From a virus (taxonomy: Duplodnaviria; Heunggongvirae; Uroviricota; Caudoviricetes): a DNA stretch of 31,777 bases. How positions within the stretch are numbered: the stretch's first letter is position 1; the number at the start of each line of letters is the position of its first letter. The stretch covers positions 1 through 31,777 of IMG/VR virus record IMGVR_UViG_3300009174_000004. One strand, given 5' to 3'. The notes beneath the pieces were generated by a model. The model was not told where the DNA came from, made no database searches, and saw only the letters and a program-made list of their open reading frames with translations. Position numbers and translations under genes: made by a program. This document shows positions 8,390 to 17,094 of the stretch, one piece after another.

Positions 8390-8998
8390 CTATAGTAGAT
8401 GTCCGTGCCGCTTCTTGGACATGAGGTAAGCGATAGTCGTTGGAGTCGGCTTCGCGATCAGGGGAACCCTGACCACCCGAATACCTCCAAGTTGCAGCGC
8501 CTCAATCTTTTCTGGGTTATTGGTCAGAAGTCGAATGGACGAGAGTCCAAGACTCTTGAGCACTTCTGGAACTGCGCTGTAGTCGCGGAGATCCGGCGGC
8601 AGTCCAAGTTTGGTGTGTGCTTCATACGTGTCGAGACCTTCCTCGTGCATTAGCCTATAGGCTGCGGCCTTGCGCTGAGCACCAGCGCCCCGCCCATCTT
8701 GGTCGAGGTAGATCAGGACTCCGCCTTGGACAGTCAAAAGCTCAACGCTGCGCCGAAGTTGCCAACCGCAGTCGCATTCGAGTGAGTGCAAGACCTCCGA
8801 GAGCATGCAGCGCGAGTGCACCCGTACGAGGGATCCGTTCTGCGGCGTACCATAAATTGCTGCTATGTCAGCGTCTCGGTGGCCATCCGTCCGAAATTTT
8901 ACCGTTGCAATTGGAAGCTCGCGTCCTTGCACGCTTAGCCTATCGGGGATGACATCATCGACATCCGGAAGCTCGCGTGGGATATTCTGAATGGTCAT
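8390..8998 (-). CDS. ribA: GTP cyclohydrolase II (RibA)-like protein
   Basis: RVHSRC, ECDCGWQL, YLDQDGRG, DLRDY, IRLLTNNPEK, C-terminal GHLL. Confidence 0.85.
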   Translation of the reverse strand: MTIQNIPRELPDVDDVIPDRLSVQGRELPIATVKFRTDGHRDADIAAIYGTPQNGSLVRVHSRCMLSEVLHSLECDCGWQLRRSVELLTVQGGVLIYLDQDGRGAGAQRKAAAYRLMHEEGLDTYEAHTKLGLPPDLRDYSAVPEVLKSLGLSSIRLLTNNPEKIEALQLGGIRVVRVPLIAKPTPTTIAYLMSKKRHGHLL

Positions 8999-11508
8999 TG
9001 CAAAAGTCCTAAAACTCCGAACTCCAGGTCCTGGGTCAGGCCCTGCCAGTAGGACGTGCCACCGACCTTTGTGGACTCATAGCCCATGGCCTTGAGTCGG
9101 TTCTGGTACCGACGCATGCCCAGCGGTATCTGGTGGTTCTCGGTGCAGTAGGCCTCGAACATCCCCCGCAGGATGGACGACTTGATTTGCGCACCAAGCT
9201 GGGGAATCAGTGCTCCGTCCTCGATGCGGTCCCGGACGAAGCACGCAACCATGTCCACGTCGACACGGTAGGCCTCGATGTCCTGGCGTACTGACTCAGG
9301 CTCGGCCAGACCGTAGAGCCGGTACTGCTCCATGCCCTCGATGAGCCAGTTCAGGATGCCGTCGGCCTCCTTCGCCAGGATCTGCGCGTAGCCCAGGCGA
9401 TGACCTTCCATCGTGATGAATTCGGTGTTCATGCTGACGGTCTTGGCACGTTGCCAGAATGCGTTGTCGTCGCTGTTGACCTTCGGCAGGAAGTTGGTGG
9501 CAATCCACACCACGCAGTTGGGGCGCCACTCGCTGTATGCCTCGTAGAGTCCGCGCGAAGTCACTACGTCGCCACCGGTGACCCGCTTAACGAGGTCCTC
9601 ATCCAGTTGCTGACCCTCCGGCATCTCGGAGGTGCAGACGTAGCGTGCTCCTCGGAGCCGGTGCAGGTCAAAGGTCTCGGTGTTCTTCTTGGTTCGGAAG
9701 GTGGACGCTGGTGCTGTCGCCCCGTAGCCACCGAACACGGTGCTCATGACCGAGGTCAGCACGGACTTGCCGGTACCGGAAGGCCCGTGCAGCATGAACA
9801 TGACGCGCTCGTCGGCCTTGCCGGTGAGCGAGTAACCCATAGCCCGCTGGACATAGAGGCGAAGGTCCATGTCCGGGAAAGCGTCCTCCATGAACTTCTC
9901 GAACATCGGACACTGAGCATCCTTGTCGTAGCTGGCGCCCATCTTCTTGGTCATCAACAGCTTCGGGTCGTGCTCGGGGATGAAGGTGTTGTTCTCCAGG
10001 TCCAGGATGCCGTTGGGCAGGTTCAGCAGGTCGATGTCCAGGTTGAACTGGTCGCTGGTGATGGCGATGCCGGGCTCGGTGGCGAACATGGCGATGGCGG
10101 CGTCGATTTTTCCCTTGTTCATCAACGCCGAGGCCCGCGCATACAGCTTGCTCGCGGCCTTGATTTCTTCCTCGTCGCCACGCATCTCGGCCGCCTGCAT
10201 TGCTTGGCCCGCCTGCGTCCGGGCAAACTCGGCACACTCGACGGCAGCACGTTGGATGTAGTTGTGCTCGTCCTTCACCCAGACGGCACCGTCCCACCGG
10301 TACCAGCAGTTTTCCCTGGTGTTGAACCGGAACTCGTCGCCGTGTTGCTGTTTCACTCGCCGTCCGTTACCTACATCAGTAAGGTCTAGACCCGTATGTG
10401 AGGGTAACGATACCTCGACCTCGGCGCCATCGTCGGCAGTCCATGGCACGAGGGCCGTGACCGTGGTTCCGATCGGGTCACCGTAGCCCTGCTGGCGAAG
10501 AGACTTGGCAGCTACGGACAGGTTTCCACCGTGATAGTAGGTGGCGTAGACCATGAACTTGCTCAGTGGGGTTTCCGTTGGCAGGCCAGCCGAGGTGGAG
10601 AAGACGTACAGGCAGTCACTGCCGTGCCGGTAACCCGTGGTAGCAGAGTGTCCGTCCTTAGGGTTTTTGCCAGGACGCACCCAGAATGTCTCGTGACCGA
10701 ACCGGTGGCTGACCTGCCACCCCTGGTCGGTGAACCAGGGTTCATTCCAGTCGGCCTTCTCGTTGAACTCGTCGCCGGGACGCATGCCCAGACCCATGGC
10801 CTGGCGTTGCGCCAACGTTGCTGATGGCTGCGCCGGGGGTGACGTGGGATCTGCTGGTGCCGGCGTGGCATCGAGTGCTGCCGTGATGGCGTTGTGCAGT
10901 GCTACTCGCTGTGACCAAGTGATCTCAGGAATGACACCCTGTTGCCCGGCCACGGTTGACCAGTCATCACCGGTCGGGTGGCACTGGCCCCCGGACGGGG
11001 CCACGATGACGTAGCCGCCTTCGCCTCGGGTCTCGGCCAGCGTCTTCATCAGCCGAGGGTTGCTAGGGTCAGGCTCCTGGGCCAGCTTCGTATTACCGGG
11101 AATATCGTGTTCGGTAATTCGATAAAGGAAGTGGAGGCCGCCGGTCGGGGTCAGTTCTGCGTAGCCGTGGTAGAGGAGCGATTCCCAAAGGTCGATAATC
11201 CCCCGGGCTGCGCACTCCTTCTCTACCTTCTTCAGCGCCTCGGCTGTGGTTGCTGCTGACTCAAGCTCCGTCATTTCCAGGTTGCCGGAAATGGCCCCGC
11301 AGATGACCGCTACTCCGACGTCCTGGCCTTCGCGCCAGTAATGCTCGACCTCGTGCTTCGTCATCCTCGTGCGTTGCAGAACCGACCAGTCCCGAGTCGG
11401 GCGCTTGGTCCCGTTCGCCTGGATCGGGACGACCGAGACGCCTGCCATCCACCACGGGAGAGCGATGTTCTTGTGGGCTACTTGACCCTCGACCACAACA
11501 TCTGGCAT
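8995..11508 (-). CDS. DNA primase-helicase (N-terminal primase-polymerase, C-terminal D5/P4-type SF3 helicase)
   Basis: Walker A GPSGTGKS; RYVCTSE Walker B region; IATNFLPKV motif C; LDLTDVGNGRR and LLNLPNGILDL D5_N-like segments; ETRGEGGYVIVAPS prim-pol motif. Start set at ATG 11508 (GGAG SD). Confidence 0.92.
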   Translation of the reverse strand: MPDVVVEGQVAHKNIALPWWMAGVSVVPIQANGTKRPTRDWSVLQRTRMTKHEVEHYWREGQDVGVAVICGAISGNLEMTELESAATTAEALKKVEKECAARGIIDLWESLLYHGYAELTPTGGLHFLYRITEHDIPGNTKLAQEPDPSNPRLMKTLAETRGEGGYVIVAPSGGQCHPTGDDWSTVAGQQGVIPEITWSQRVALHNAITAALDATPAPADPTSPPAQPSATLAQRQAMGLGMRPGDEFNEKADWNEPWFTDQGWQVSHRFGHETFWVRPGKNPKDGHSATTGYRHGSDCLYVFSTSAGLPTETPLSKFMVYATYYHGGNLSVAAKSLRQQGYGDPIGTTVTALVPWTADDGAEVEVSLPSHTGLDLTDVGNGRRVKQQHGDEFRFNTRENCWYRWDGAVWVKDEHNYIQRAAVECAEFARTQAGQAMQAAEMRGDEEEIKAASKLYARASALMNKGKIDAAIAMFATEPGIAITSDQFNLDIDLLNLPNGILDLENNTFIPEHDPKLLMTKKMGASYDKDAQCPMFEKFMEDAFPDMDLRLYVQRAMGYSLTGKADERVMFMLHGPSGTGKSVLTSVMSTVFGGYGATAPASTFRTKKNTETFDLHRLRGARYVCTSEMPEGQQLDEDLVKRVTGGDVVTSRGLYEAYSEWRPNCVVWIATNFLPKVNSDDNAFWQRAKTVSMNTEFITMEGHRLGYAQILAKEADGILNWLIEGMEQYRLYGLAEPESVRQDIEAYRVDVDMVACFVRDRIEDGALIPQLGAQIKSSILRGMFEAYCTENHQIPLGMRRYQNRLKAMGYESTKVGGTSYWQGLTQDLEFGVLGLLQ

Positions 11509-11568
11509 CTTATCTCCGATTGCAGATAGACGGGCCAACCAGTGACTGGCATCCTGGTCCGCCCGCCC

Positions 11569-11601
11569 GGGGCCCTTGCCAATTGGGGTGGCAAGGGCCC
11601 C
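11569..11601. promoter_or_regulatory. 13-bp perfect inverted repeat upstream of the primase gene
   Basis: GGGGCCCTTGCCA-7 nt-TGGCAAGGGCCCC. Confidence 0.45.
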
Positions 11602-11770
11602 TGCATCTGCACCTGGAAACCGAAGGTACGACGACTGTAGACCCGGGTGTTAGCCTCGCGCTAGGGGCGTCGCCGGGTATCTTGTCGGTAGCTCTCTCCA
11701 GGGGCTAGAGGCCCTGTGCCGGTATCCTGCTCCCGGCGCAGGGCCTCATCTATGCCCTGGGGATGTCCCC

Positions 11771-12412
11771 CTAGAACGGTGCCTCGTCCTGGAACGGATC
11801 TTGCTGGCCGGCCTGGTTGCGCCGGGCCCGGAACTGCTGCAGAAGATCCTTCTCCTCGTTACTGAGCGTCGCTGACCCAGGTACTGGGTGGTAGCTCATC
11901 GAGTCCAGCGTGGCGTTCTGGGCCGGTGCCTGCTGTGCGGGCCGCTGTGCCTGCGGCTGTGGAGGGATGCTGGCCTGCTGCTGATGCTGCTGCTGCGAGA
12001 ACAGGCTGGCCCGGAAGTTCGGGTGGGCCTGCTTCCAGGCGCTGGCACGCTCACGAGCAGTCGGGTCTCCGGACATGTCAACGATGATCCAGCCAGGATT
12101 CCTGCCCTGCTTGGCCACCGACTGACCCATGACGCCGAGCACCTTGGTCCCGATCTGAGACTTGAGGCTGCCGATCAGCAGGTTCTGGAAGAACGTGCTC
12201 CTGCGGTACACCTTGCCGGCAAGGCCCTGCTCGTCCTTGTCGTCCAGGTCCACCACGTCCACGATGATGGCGTCCGAGGGCCCGTACTGGGTCTGGATCT
12301 CGTCCACGTACCCGATCGGGTACACGATGAGTAGGTGACCTTTGAGGTCACTAGGCCGGGCGTACTCCCCGGTGACTTCGGTGGGACGGCCCCACTCGTC
12401 GTCCATGCTCAT
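11771..12412 (-). CDS. probable single-stranded DNA-binding protein
   Basis: Beta-rich N-terminus, Q/P-rich linker, acidic-aromatic tail DEAPF; lies between the exonuclease and primase genes. Confidence 0.6.
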   Translation of the reverse strand: MSMDDEWGRPTEVTGEYARPSDLKGHLLIVYPIGYVDEIQTQYGPSDAIIVDVVDLDDKDEQGLAGKVYRRSTFFQNLLIGSLKSQIGTKVLGVMGQSVAKQGRNPGWIIVDMSGDPTARERASAWKQAHPNFRASLFSQQQHQQQASIPPQPQAQRPAQQAPAQNATLDSMSYHPVPGSATLSNEEKDLLQQFRARRNQAGQQDPFQDEAPF

Positions 12413-12651
12413 GGCTCTCTCCTAGGGTCGATCTTTGTTTCAACAACTACTTCAATCCCCGGCCGGCGCTCGTCGGTACTGTCCCACCAGACCCGGGCCA
12501 CCACGTTGTCCGTGACGGCGGCTTCGTCGAGCAACCGAACGAACTCGCGGATATCGCCCACGTCCAGCCAGCCGGAGTCGTCGATCCGCTGGATCGGCAG
12601 GAAGACCGTCAGGCGCTCCACGCGACGAGCCTTGGGTGGGTAAGTGGTCAC
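12409..12651 (-). CDS. hypothetical protein
   Basis: 80 aa, coupled overlaps on both sides. Confidence 0.65.
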   Translation of the reverse strand: MTTYPPKARRVERLTVFLPIQRIDDSGWLDVGDIREFVRLLDEAAVTDNVVARVWWDSTDERRPGIEVVVETKIDPRREP

Positions 12652-12899
12652 TACTCTGCGCTCTCGGCCCAGTCTGGGTCAACACCCTGACCGAGGTCAG
12701 TCGGGGCTGGCTCTGCCGCCGGTGGCGCCTTGTGGTCGCTGTCGACCTGGGAGGCCAGGACGCGGATGTGCTCCTCAGCCTCGGCCAGCTTCGTCTGCCA
12801 GCGCTCGATGGCCGCGAGGCACTTGTCCCGCTCGCGCATCGCCACGGCCATGTTCTGGTACCAGTTGGCCGCGTTGGCAGCCTGGTCAATGGTGCTCAT
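12651..12899 (-). CDS. coiled-coil hypothetical protein
   Basis: ATGA overlap with the exonuclease stop; heptad-like segment. Confidence 0.65.
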   Translation of the reverse strand: MSTIDQAANAANWYQNMAVAMRERDKCLAAIERWQTKLAEAEEHIRVLASQVDSDHKAPPAAEPAPTDLGQGVDPDWAESAE

Positions 12900-13663
12900 C
12901 TTCCGGGGCATCCCCTTTCTGAGGCTGGTGTGTCCACATCGGACTCACGCAGGTAGAACGGACACCACACACAGGCATCTCCTGGTGTGGGTTCAACGAG
13001 TTGGAAACGATGAGGGTTGCTCTCGATGTCGTAGTCGAGAAGCTCGTAGGCTATGCGGTAGAGCCGGCGCAAGGCGACGACAGCGACCTGTTCGTCGTAG
13101 GGCTCCACCCAGACGTAGGCATCGTCAAGCCAGCCCGAGCGAGGGTAGAAAATCAGGGCCACACTCTTGACTTCGCGACCGGCTCGGCGATGTCCTAGCC
13201 CATACACCTGGACCTGGGTGCGGTATCCATCGGGAATGATGCCCTTGCGTATCTTGCGCATGCCGTCGGCGCCGCTGGTCTTGTGGTCTACCACGGTTCC
13301 CGTGGGGACGTGGAAGAGGTCGCTGCGACCTTTGACCATGGGGTCTGGGTACACCCGACACTCGGTGAGGTAGCCCAGGTCCTTGACCGTGGACTGATAC
13401 CGGTTGATGGCTCGCTCTAGCCAGTCATGGATGGAAGTGCCAACGATGGCTGGCCAGGGATCGCCGAAGTTGACCTGTTCGACGCCAGCTATCCGGTATG
13501 CCAGCTTCCGGTCGCACGGATCGCCTAACTCCGAGGGGCCGATGGCGCGCTGCAACGACCGAGGGGCATTGTGCTCGTTCCACAGAATGACCTGTGAAAG
13601 CTCGTGCTTGAGTGCCATGGAGTGGGGATTTGACCCACCCAAAACGGCAAACTCGTCGGTCAA
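12896..13663 (-). CDS. Cas4-like PD-(D/E)XK exonuclease
   Basis: GPSELGDPCDRK, GTSIH, GRSD...VVDHKT, QVQVYG, CVWCPF...GCPG (four-Cys Fe-S pattern); AGGAGG SD. Confidence 0.88.
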   Translation of the reverse strand: MTDEFAVLGGSNPHSMALKHELSQVILWNEHNAPRSLQRAIGPSELGDPCDRKLAYRIAGVEQVNFGDPWPAIVGTSIHDWLERAINRYQSTVKDLGYLTECRVYPDPMVKGRSDLFHVPTGTVVDHKTSGADGMRKIRKGIIPDGYRTQVQVYGLGHRRAGREVKSVALIFYPRSGWLDDAYVWVEPYDEQVAVVALRRLYRIAYELLDYDIESNPHRFQLVEPTPGDACVWCPFYLRESDVDTPASERGCPGR

Positions 13664-13711
13664 CGAAGCACCTCCTGAAGGATGATCAGGAGCTTAGCCT
13701 GGGGTACCGAC

Positions 13712-13755
13712 AAAAAAAGGGACCATCCTCCCGGGGGTTCGGAAGGATGGTCCCT
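13712..13755 (-). terminator. intrinsic terminator
   Basis: AGGGACCATCCTTCC...GGGAGGATGGTCCCT hairpin followed by a T7 run on the minus strand. Confidence 0.85.
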
Positions 13756-13766
13756 CTGTCGTGCTG

Positions 13767-14810
13767 CTACGCCTCCGCGACCTCGCGGGTCCGGCGGCGA
13801 GGGAACTCGGCCAGCTTCTTGCTGCTTCGGCCACCCATGTGGTGGTTGTAGCGCTCCACCAGCACGTCGATCAGGCAGTCCGAGATGCGTCCGCCCCGGA
13901 AGGTCTTGACGTTCTGGCCACGCCCGATGTACTGGTGCACGCCGCCGATCTCGGCCAGCTTGCGCTCCAGGCGCTTGACGTCCACGCTGCCCTCGTAGTG
14001 CTGGTGGAACCGGGCGAAGGCCTCGATGACCTGGTTGTTGTACACCCCGCCCTTGCGCTCAGGGTCGAAGATCGTCTGGATCTCCTCCATCGCCCACCGG
14101 AAGTGGCGCAGCCCCTCGCGGGACCTAGCGAGGCGCTTGGCCAGGTCCACGGCCATGAGGCCGCTGGGGACGCCGATCTCGATGCCGAGGCCGTCACAGA
14201 CAGCGCGGATAGCCAGGGCGACCGAGTCTTCGCCCACCAGTTCGTTCTTGAACCGGACCGCTGCCGACACCGAACGCCGGTAGTTCAGGTTCAGGAACAG
14301 CCAGGCCTCTTCCTTGAGAGAGAGCCCGTAGTGGATCACGAACGGGACCAGTTCGTCGTACCCGATCTTCAGCGCTGCTGCTCGACGCTGCTGGCCGTCG
14401 AGAACCACGTAGGTCTCGTTGCCGTTCTCGTCGATGCGGCAGCTTGCCGTCGGCACGTTGAGTGCTGGCGGGCTGAAGTTGCGGGCGATCGTGTTGATCT
14501 CGGAGGCCTGCTCCGGTCGCTGGATCACCGGGTCGATGACCGTCTCGGGGAAACGCAGCTTGCGGATCACCTGGTAGTGGTTGGGGTTCTCGGACTTGAA
14601 GGTCCGGTTGACCTCGTCCGTTGTGACCGGCTTGCTGGCCACCGTCTTGCGGGTCGAGTCGGCGTCTGCATCCTGCTCGAAGTCGATCTCTGGCGCGAGG
14701 TTCGTGCGCTCCTCCGCCGGTGCGTCCAGGCGAGGACGTCCACCCTTGGTGACCACAGCATTGCCAGGATCGCGGAACTGGATCCGGTGGTGCGTGGGGT
14801 TGGTACTCAT
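13767..14810 (-). CDS. ParB/Srx-fold protein (DGQHR/DUF6551-like)
   Basis: IDPVIQRP...YVVLDGQQRRAA...EEAWLFLNLN motifs. Confidence 0.75.
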   Translation of the reverse strand: MSTNPTHHRIQFRDPGNAVVTKGGRPRLDAPAEERTNLAPEIDFEQDADADSTRKTVASKPVTTDEVNRTFKSENPNHYQVIRKLRFPETVIDPVIQRPEQASEINTIARNFSPPALNVPTASCRIDENGNETYVVLDGQQRRAAALKIGYDELVPFVIHYGLSLKEEAWLFLNLNYRRSVSAAVRFKNELVGEDSVALAIRAVCDGLGIEIGVPSGLMAVDLAKRLARSREGLRHFRWAMEEIQTIFDPERKGGVYNNQVIEAFARFHQHYEGSVDVKRLERKLAEIGGVHQYIGRGQNVKTFRGGRISDCLIDVLVERYNHHMGGRSSKKLAEFPRRRTREVAEA

Positions 14811-15799
14811 GAGTCCTGCTCACCTTCTGTAGATTGTGTCGCTCTCTCCAGGCGACGTCGTAGTGCGTTGAGCCGGTTAACTGTGGTGCGAATCTGGCTG
14901 GTTAGGGGTTCAGTGTTGAGGCTTGGCTCGAAGCTCTCGAACCGTAGTGACTCCTCACCGAACTGGCTGATGACCCGACAAAAGTTGGCGATGACCTGGT
15001 CGTCGGTCGGCACGTGGTCCCGCCGTCTTCTCTCCCAGCCTCTCACCTGATCCCTGGGCCGTCGCCCCGCCAGTTCCCTCGTTTCGAGGACCTCGGCGAG
15101 TTGTTCGAGGGGGATCTCTCCCTTCGAGAACTCTCGCAACAGGGTGCGAAGTCCGTGGATCCCCGTGAACGTGCCGTTAGGGTTCTTGGCTTCGACCTGT
15201 CGAATGAGCATCCGAAGGGCCTTGCTCTGATCGTCCGTCGGCCTGTATCTCTCCTCGATGCCCTTGATGGCAGCGAACAGATCCCTGAGAGCCTTGACTG
15301 TTGCCTGGTCCATCGCGAACGCACGCCCCAAGGCGCTGTTCACGGCAACATCTCCTCGCGGACGCCTTACCTCTGGCTCCTTCCCGTTCTTCTTGGCTGC
15401 GACCGCCTTGACCATCTTGGCGATCTTCGTCGGCTTGTAGAGAGGCACAACACCCAGCCGCCACAGCGTGTCCAGGTCCTCCCATGACATGTACTCAAAG
15501 GGCAGACCGGCTGCCTCGGCAGCCCGGGTGCGCTCCAGGTGCCCGATGATCCTGTCCCAGTCGTTGGTGACAACTACCGGGATCTCCTTGCGGCCCAATG
15601 ACATGTAGGCCGTGATTCGACGGGCACCATCGAGCACGAGCAGGTCTTCAGTCACCAGGATTGGCACCTGCAGACCTCGCTCCTTGATGCTCAGACTGAG
15701 TGACTGCACATCCCCTACGGAGGTGCGAAACCACTCAGGGTTGGACCAGAGGATGTCGCGTATCGGCATCCTTGCTTGGCCCGCTGGTTCCGTATCCAA
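14807..15799 (-). CDS. ParB/RepB/Spo0J-like protein
   Basis: LSLSIKERGLQVPILV...LDGARRITAY...IPVVV ParB N-terminal motif; start may be ATG 15769. Confidence 0.8.
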   Translation of the reverse strand: MDTEPAGQARMPIRDILWSNPEWFRTSVGDVQSLSLSIKERGLQVPILVTEDLLVLDGARRITAYMSLGRKEIPVVVTNDWDRIIGHLERTRAAEAAGLPFEYMSWEDLDTLWRLGVVPLYKPTKIAKMVKAVAAKKNGKEPEVRRPRGDVAVNSALGRAFAMDQATVKALRDLFAAIKGIEERYRPTDDQSKALRMLIRQVEAKNPNGTFTGIHGLRTLLREFSKGEIPLEQLAEVLETRELAGRRPRDQVRGWERRRRDHVPTDDQVIANFCRVISQFGEESLRFESFEPSLNTEPLTSQIRTTVNRLNALRRRLERATQSTEGEQDS

Positions 15800-15835
15800 A
15801 ACGAAGCTCCACTTCAGCGTTTCCGGACGCCACTA

Positions 15836-15865
15836 ACACTACAGGGGGATATGGGGGTGCGTCAA
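15836..15865 (-). promoter_or_regulatory. promoter of the ParB-like operon with an operator half-site
   Basis: TTGACG-18 nt-TAGTGT; spacer CACCCCCATATCCCCCTG. Confidence 0.6.
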
Positions 15866-15896
15866 GTCATCCGGGGATTGAATTAAGATGATCATG

Positions 15897-15944
15897 AAAA
15901 GGGCCCCGGGGTCCAGGCCGGACACTGATCCTGGACCCCGGGGC
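15897..15944 (-). terminator. intrinsic terminator
   Basis: 15-bp stem GCCCCGGGGTCCAGG/CCTGGACCCCGGGGC followed by CCTTTT. Confidence 0.75.
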
Positions 15945-15964
15945 TGGTGGAGAGAGTAAGGCTC

Positions 15965-16360
15965 CTAGTCCCACCAGCCCCTGATGCTGGCGTGGCGGTG
16001 GTGCTGCACGCGCTCCACGATCTCCACTTCGCGGGAGCCGTTGTACTGATGCTTGGCCTTGGTCATCTGGTCCCTGACCTTAGCCCGGTCGGGCCCGTAC
16101 CAGTCAAGGTGCCGGTCTTCCTTGGTTGGTGGGCGGGTGTACCTGTACCTGTAGCTGCGACGCTCGGACCAGTCGGCTTCCCAGGTACAGGACCGAATGG
16201 TTCTATTGCGCGTCGGGTGCTGACGGACGGGTTGGTCTGACAGGGTGCAGGGCTGGTCACCGCGCCCGAAGCCAGGCGCATGGACACAGCGCCAGGCGTG
16301 CCAGGGCTCGTAGTACTCGGCGGACGCCCAGAAGGGCATGTCCTTGTCGGTTCTTGACAT
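15965..16360 (-). CDS. hypothetical protein (MSRTDK..., Arg/His/Trp-rich)
   Basis: GGAGG SD; 131 aa. Confidence 0.75.
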   Translation of the reverse strand: MSRTDKDMPFWASAEYYEPWHAWRCVHAPGFGRGDQPCTLSDQPVRQHPTRNRTIRSCTWEADWSERRSYRYRYTRPPTKEDRHLDWYGPDRAKVRDQMTKAKHQYNGSREVEIVERVQHHRHASIRGWWD

Positions 16361-16390
16361 GGTTCCTCCATGGCCACACGGTGTGGCTTC

Positions 16391-16405
16391 CTAGGTCCAT
16401 GTCAT
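16391..16405 (-). promoter_or_regulatory. 4-codon upstream minigene MTWT*
   Basis: AGGAGG-ataact-ATG ACA TGG ACC TAG, then hairpin GCCACAC/GTGTGGC and the SD of the next gene. Confidence 0.4.
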
Positions 16406-16474
16406 AGTTATCCTCCTAAATCTATCGATCTATCCTTTTCGGATAGAAGCTGTGTAAAAATCCCAAATAGAGCG

Positions 16475-16547
16475 TGCCCCGAGGCGGACTCGAACCGCCA
16501 GCCTTCGCCTTAGGAGGACGCTGCTCTGTCCGTTGAGCTACCGGGGC
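16475..16547 (-). tRNA. tRNA-Arg(CCT)
   Basis: Cloverleaf GCCCCGG/TCGGGGC, D arm GCTC/GAGC, loop CT-CCT-AA, GGTTCGAGTCC. Confidence 0.9.
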
Positions 16548-17062
16548 GTTGCTGTCACCATGCGCTCCTCCACAGCGTGCAGGAGCGGCTGTCGTACCGT
16601 CCAGCCTAGATCGTAGAGCCGGGTCAAACTACCAACTACCGCAATACTTCCTCGTCCCTCTAGGGCTACTCCCGCCAGGACTTCATCGACGGCCTCCTGG
16701 TACCCACGATCGGTGGTGAGGTAGGGCCCGATGCCGTCCATGACCACGACCATGGAGGCACCGGTGACGGTCCAGCGGATGCTGCCGTACTGCCAGGTGC
16801 CTTCCACGTGGGTATGAGCCTCGGGACAGTGCTCCACACAGTTACGACGCAGTATCTCTGGGCTCAGGGGCGAGGTCGTGCGGAACTCCGGCTTCGTGTC
16901 GGTCATACCGCACAGGCGCCTGACCACCAGGTGCTCCTTCGAATCCACGGTCAGAGTGATCTGGCGGGTGGCCCTGGTTCTGTTCTTCTTGTAGGTCAGT
17001 CTGCCCTTCAGGTCGATAACGCCAGCCATCCAGGCCAGGTCGTACTCCGTAAACGAGGCCAT
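16538..17062 (-). CDS. LAGLIDADG-like protein, probably catalytically altered
   Basis: N-terminal LAWMAGVIDLKG helix; AAGGAAGG SD; stop codon lies inside tRNA-Arg. Confidence 0.65.
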   Translation of the reverse strand: MASFTEYDLAWMAGVIDLKGRLTYKKNRTRATRQITLTVDSKEHLVVRRLCGMTDTKPEFRTTSPLSPEILRRNCVEHCPEAHTHVEGTWQYGSIRWTVTGASMVVVMDGIGPYLTTDRGYQEAVDEVLAGVALEGRGSIAVVGSLTRLYDLGWTVRQPLLHAVEERMVTATPR

Positions 17063-17094
17063 GAGCCTTCCTTACTCTCTCCAGGATGTAGTGA

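Noticed and set aside
12896-13663. Cas4 as part of a CRISPR-Cas locus
   Set aside because: No cas1, cas2 or CRISPR array; it sits in a replication/recombination operon, as is common for phage Cas4-like exonucleases.
13761-15050. 429-aa plus-strand ORF (also 9400-10389, 17586-18911, 21513-22310, 23802-24620)
   Set aside because: Antisense shadows of well-supported genes, typical of high-GC coding DNA.
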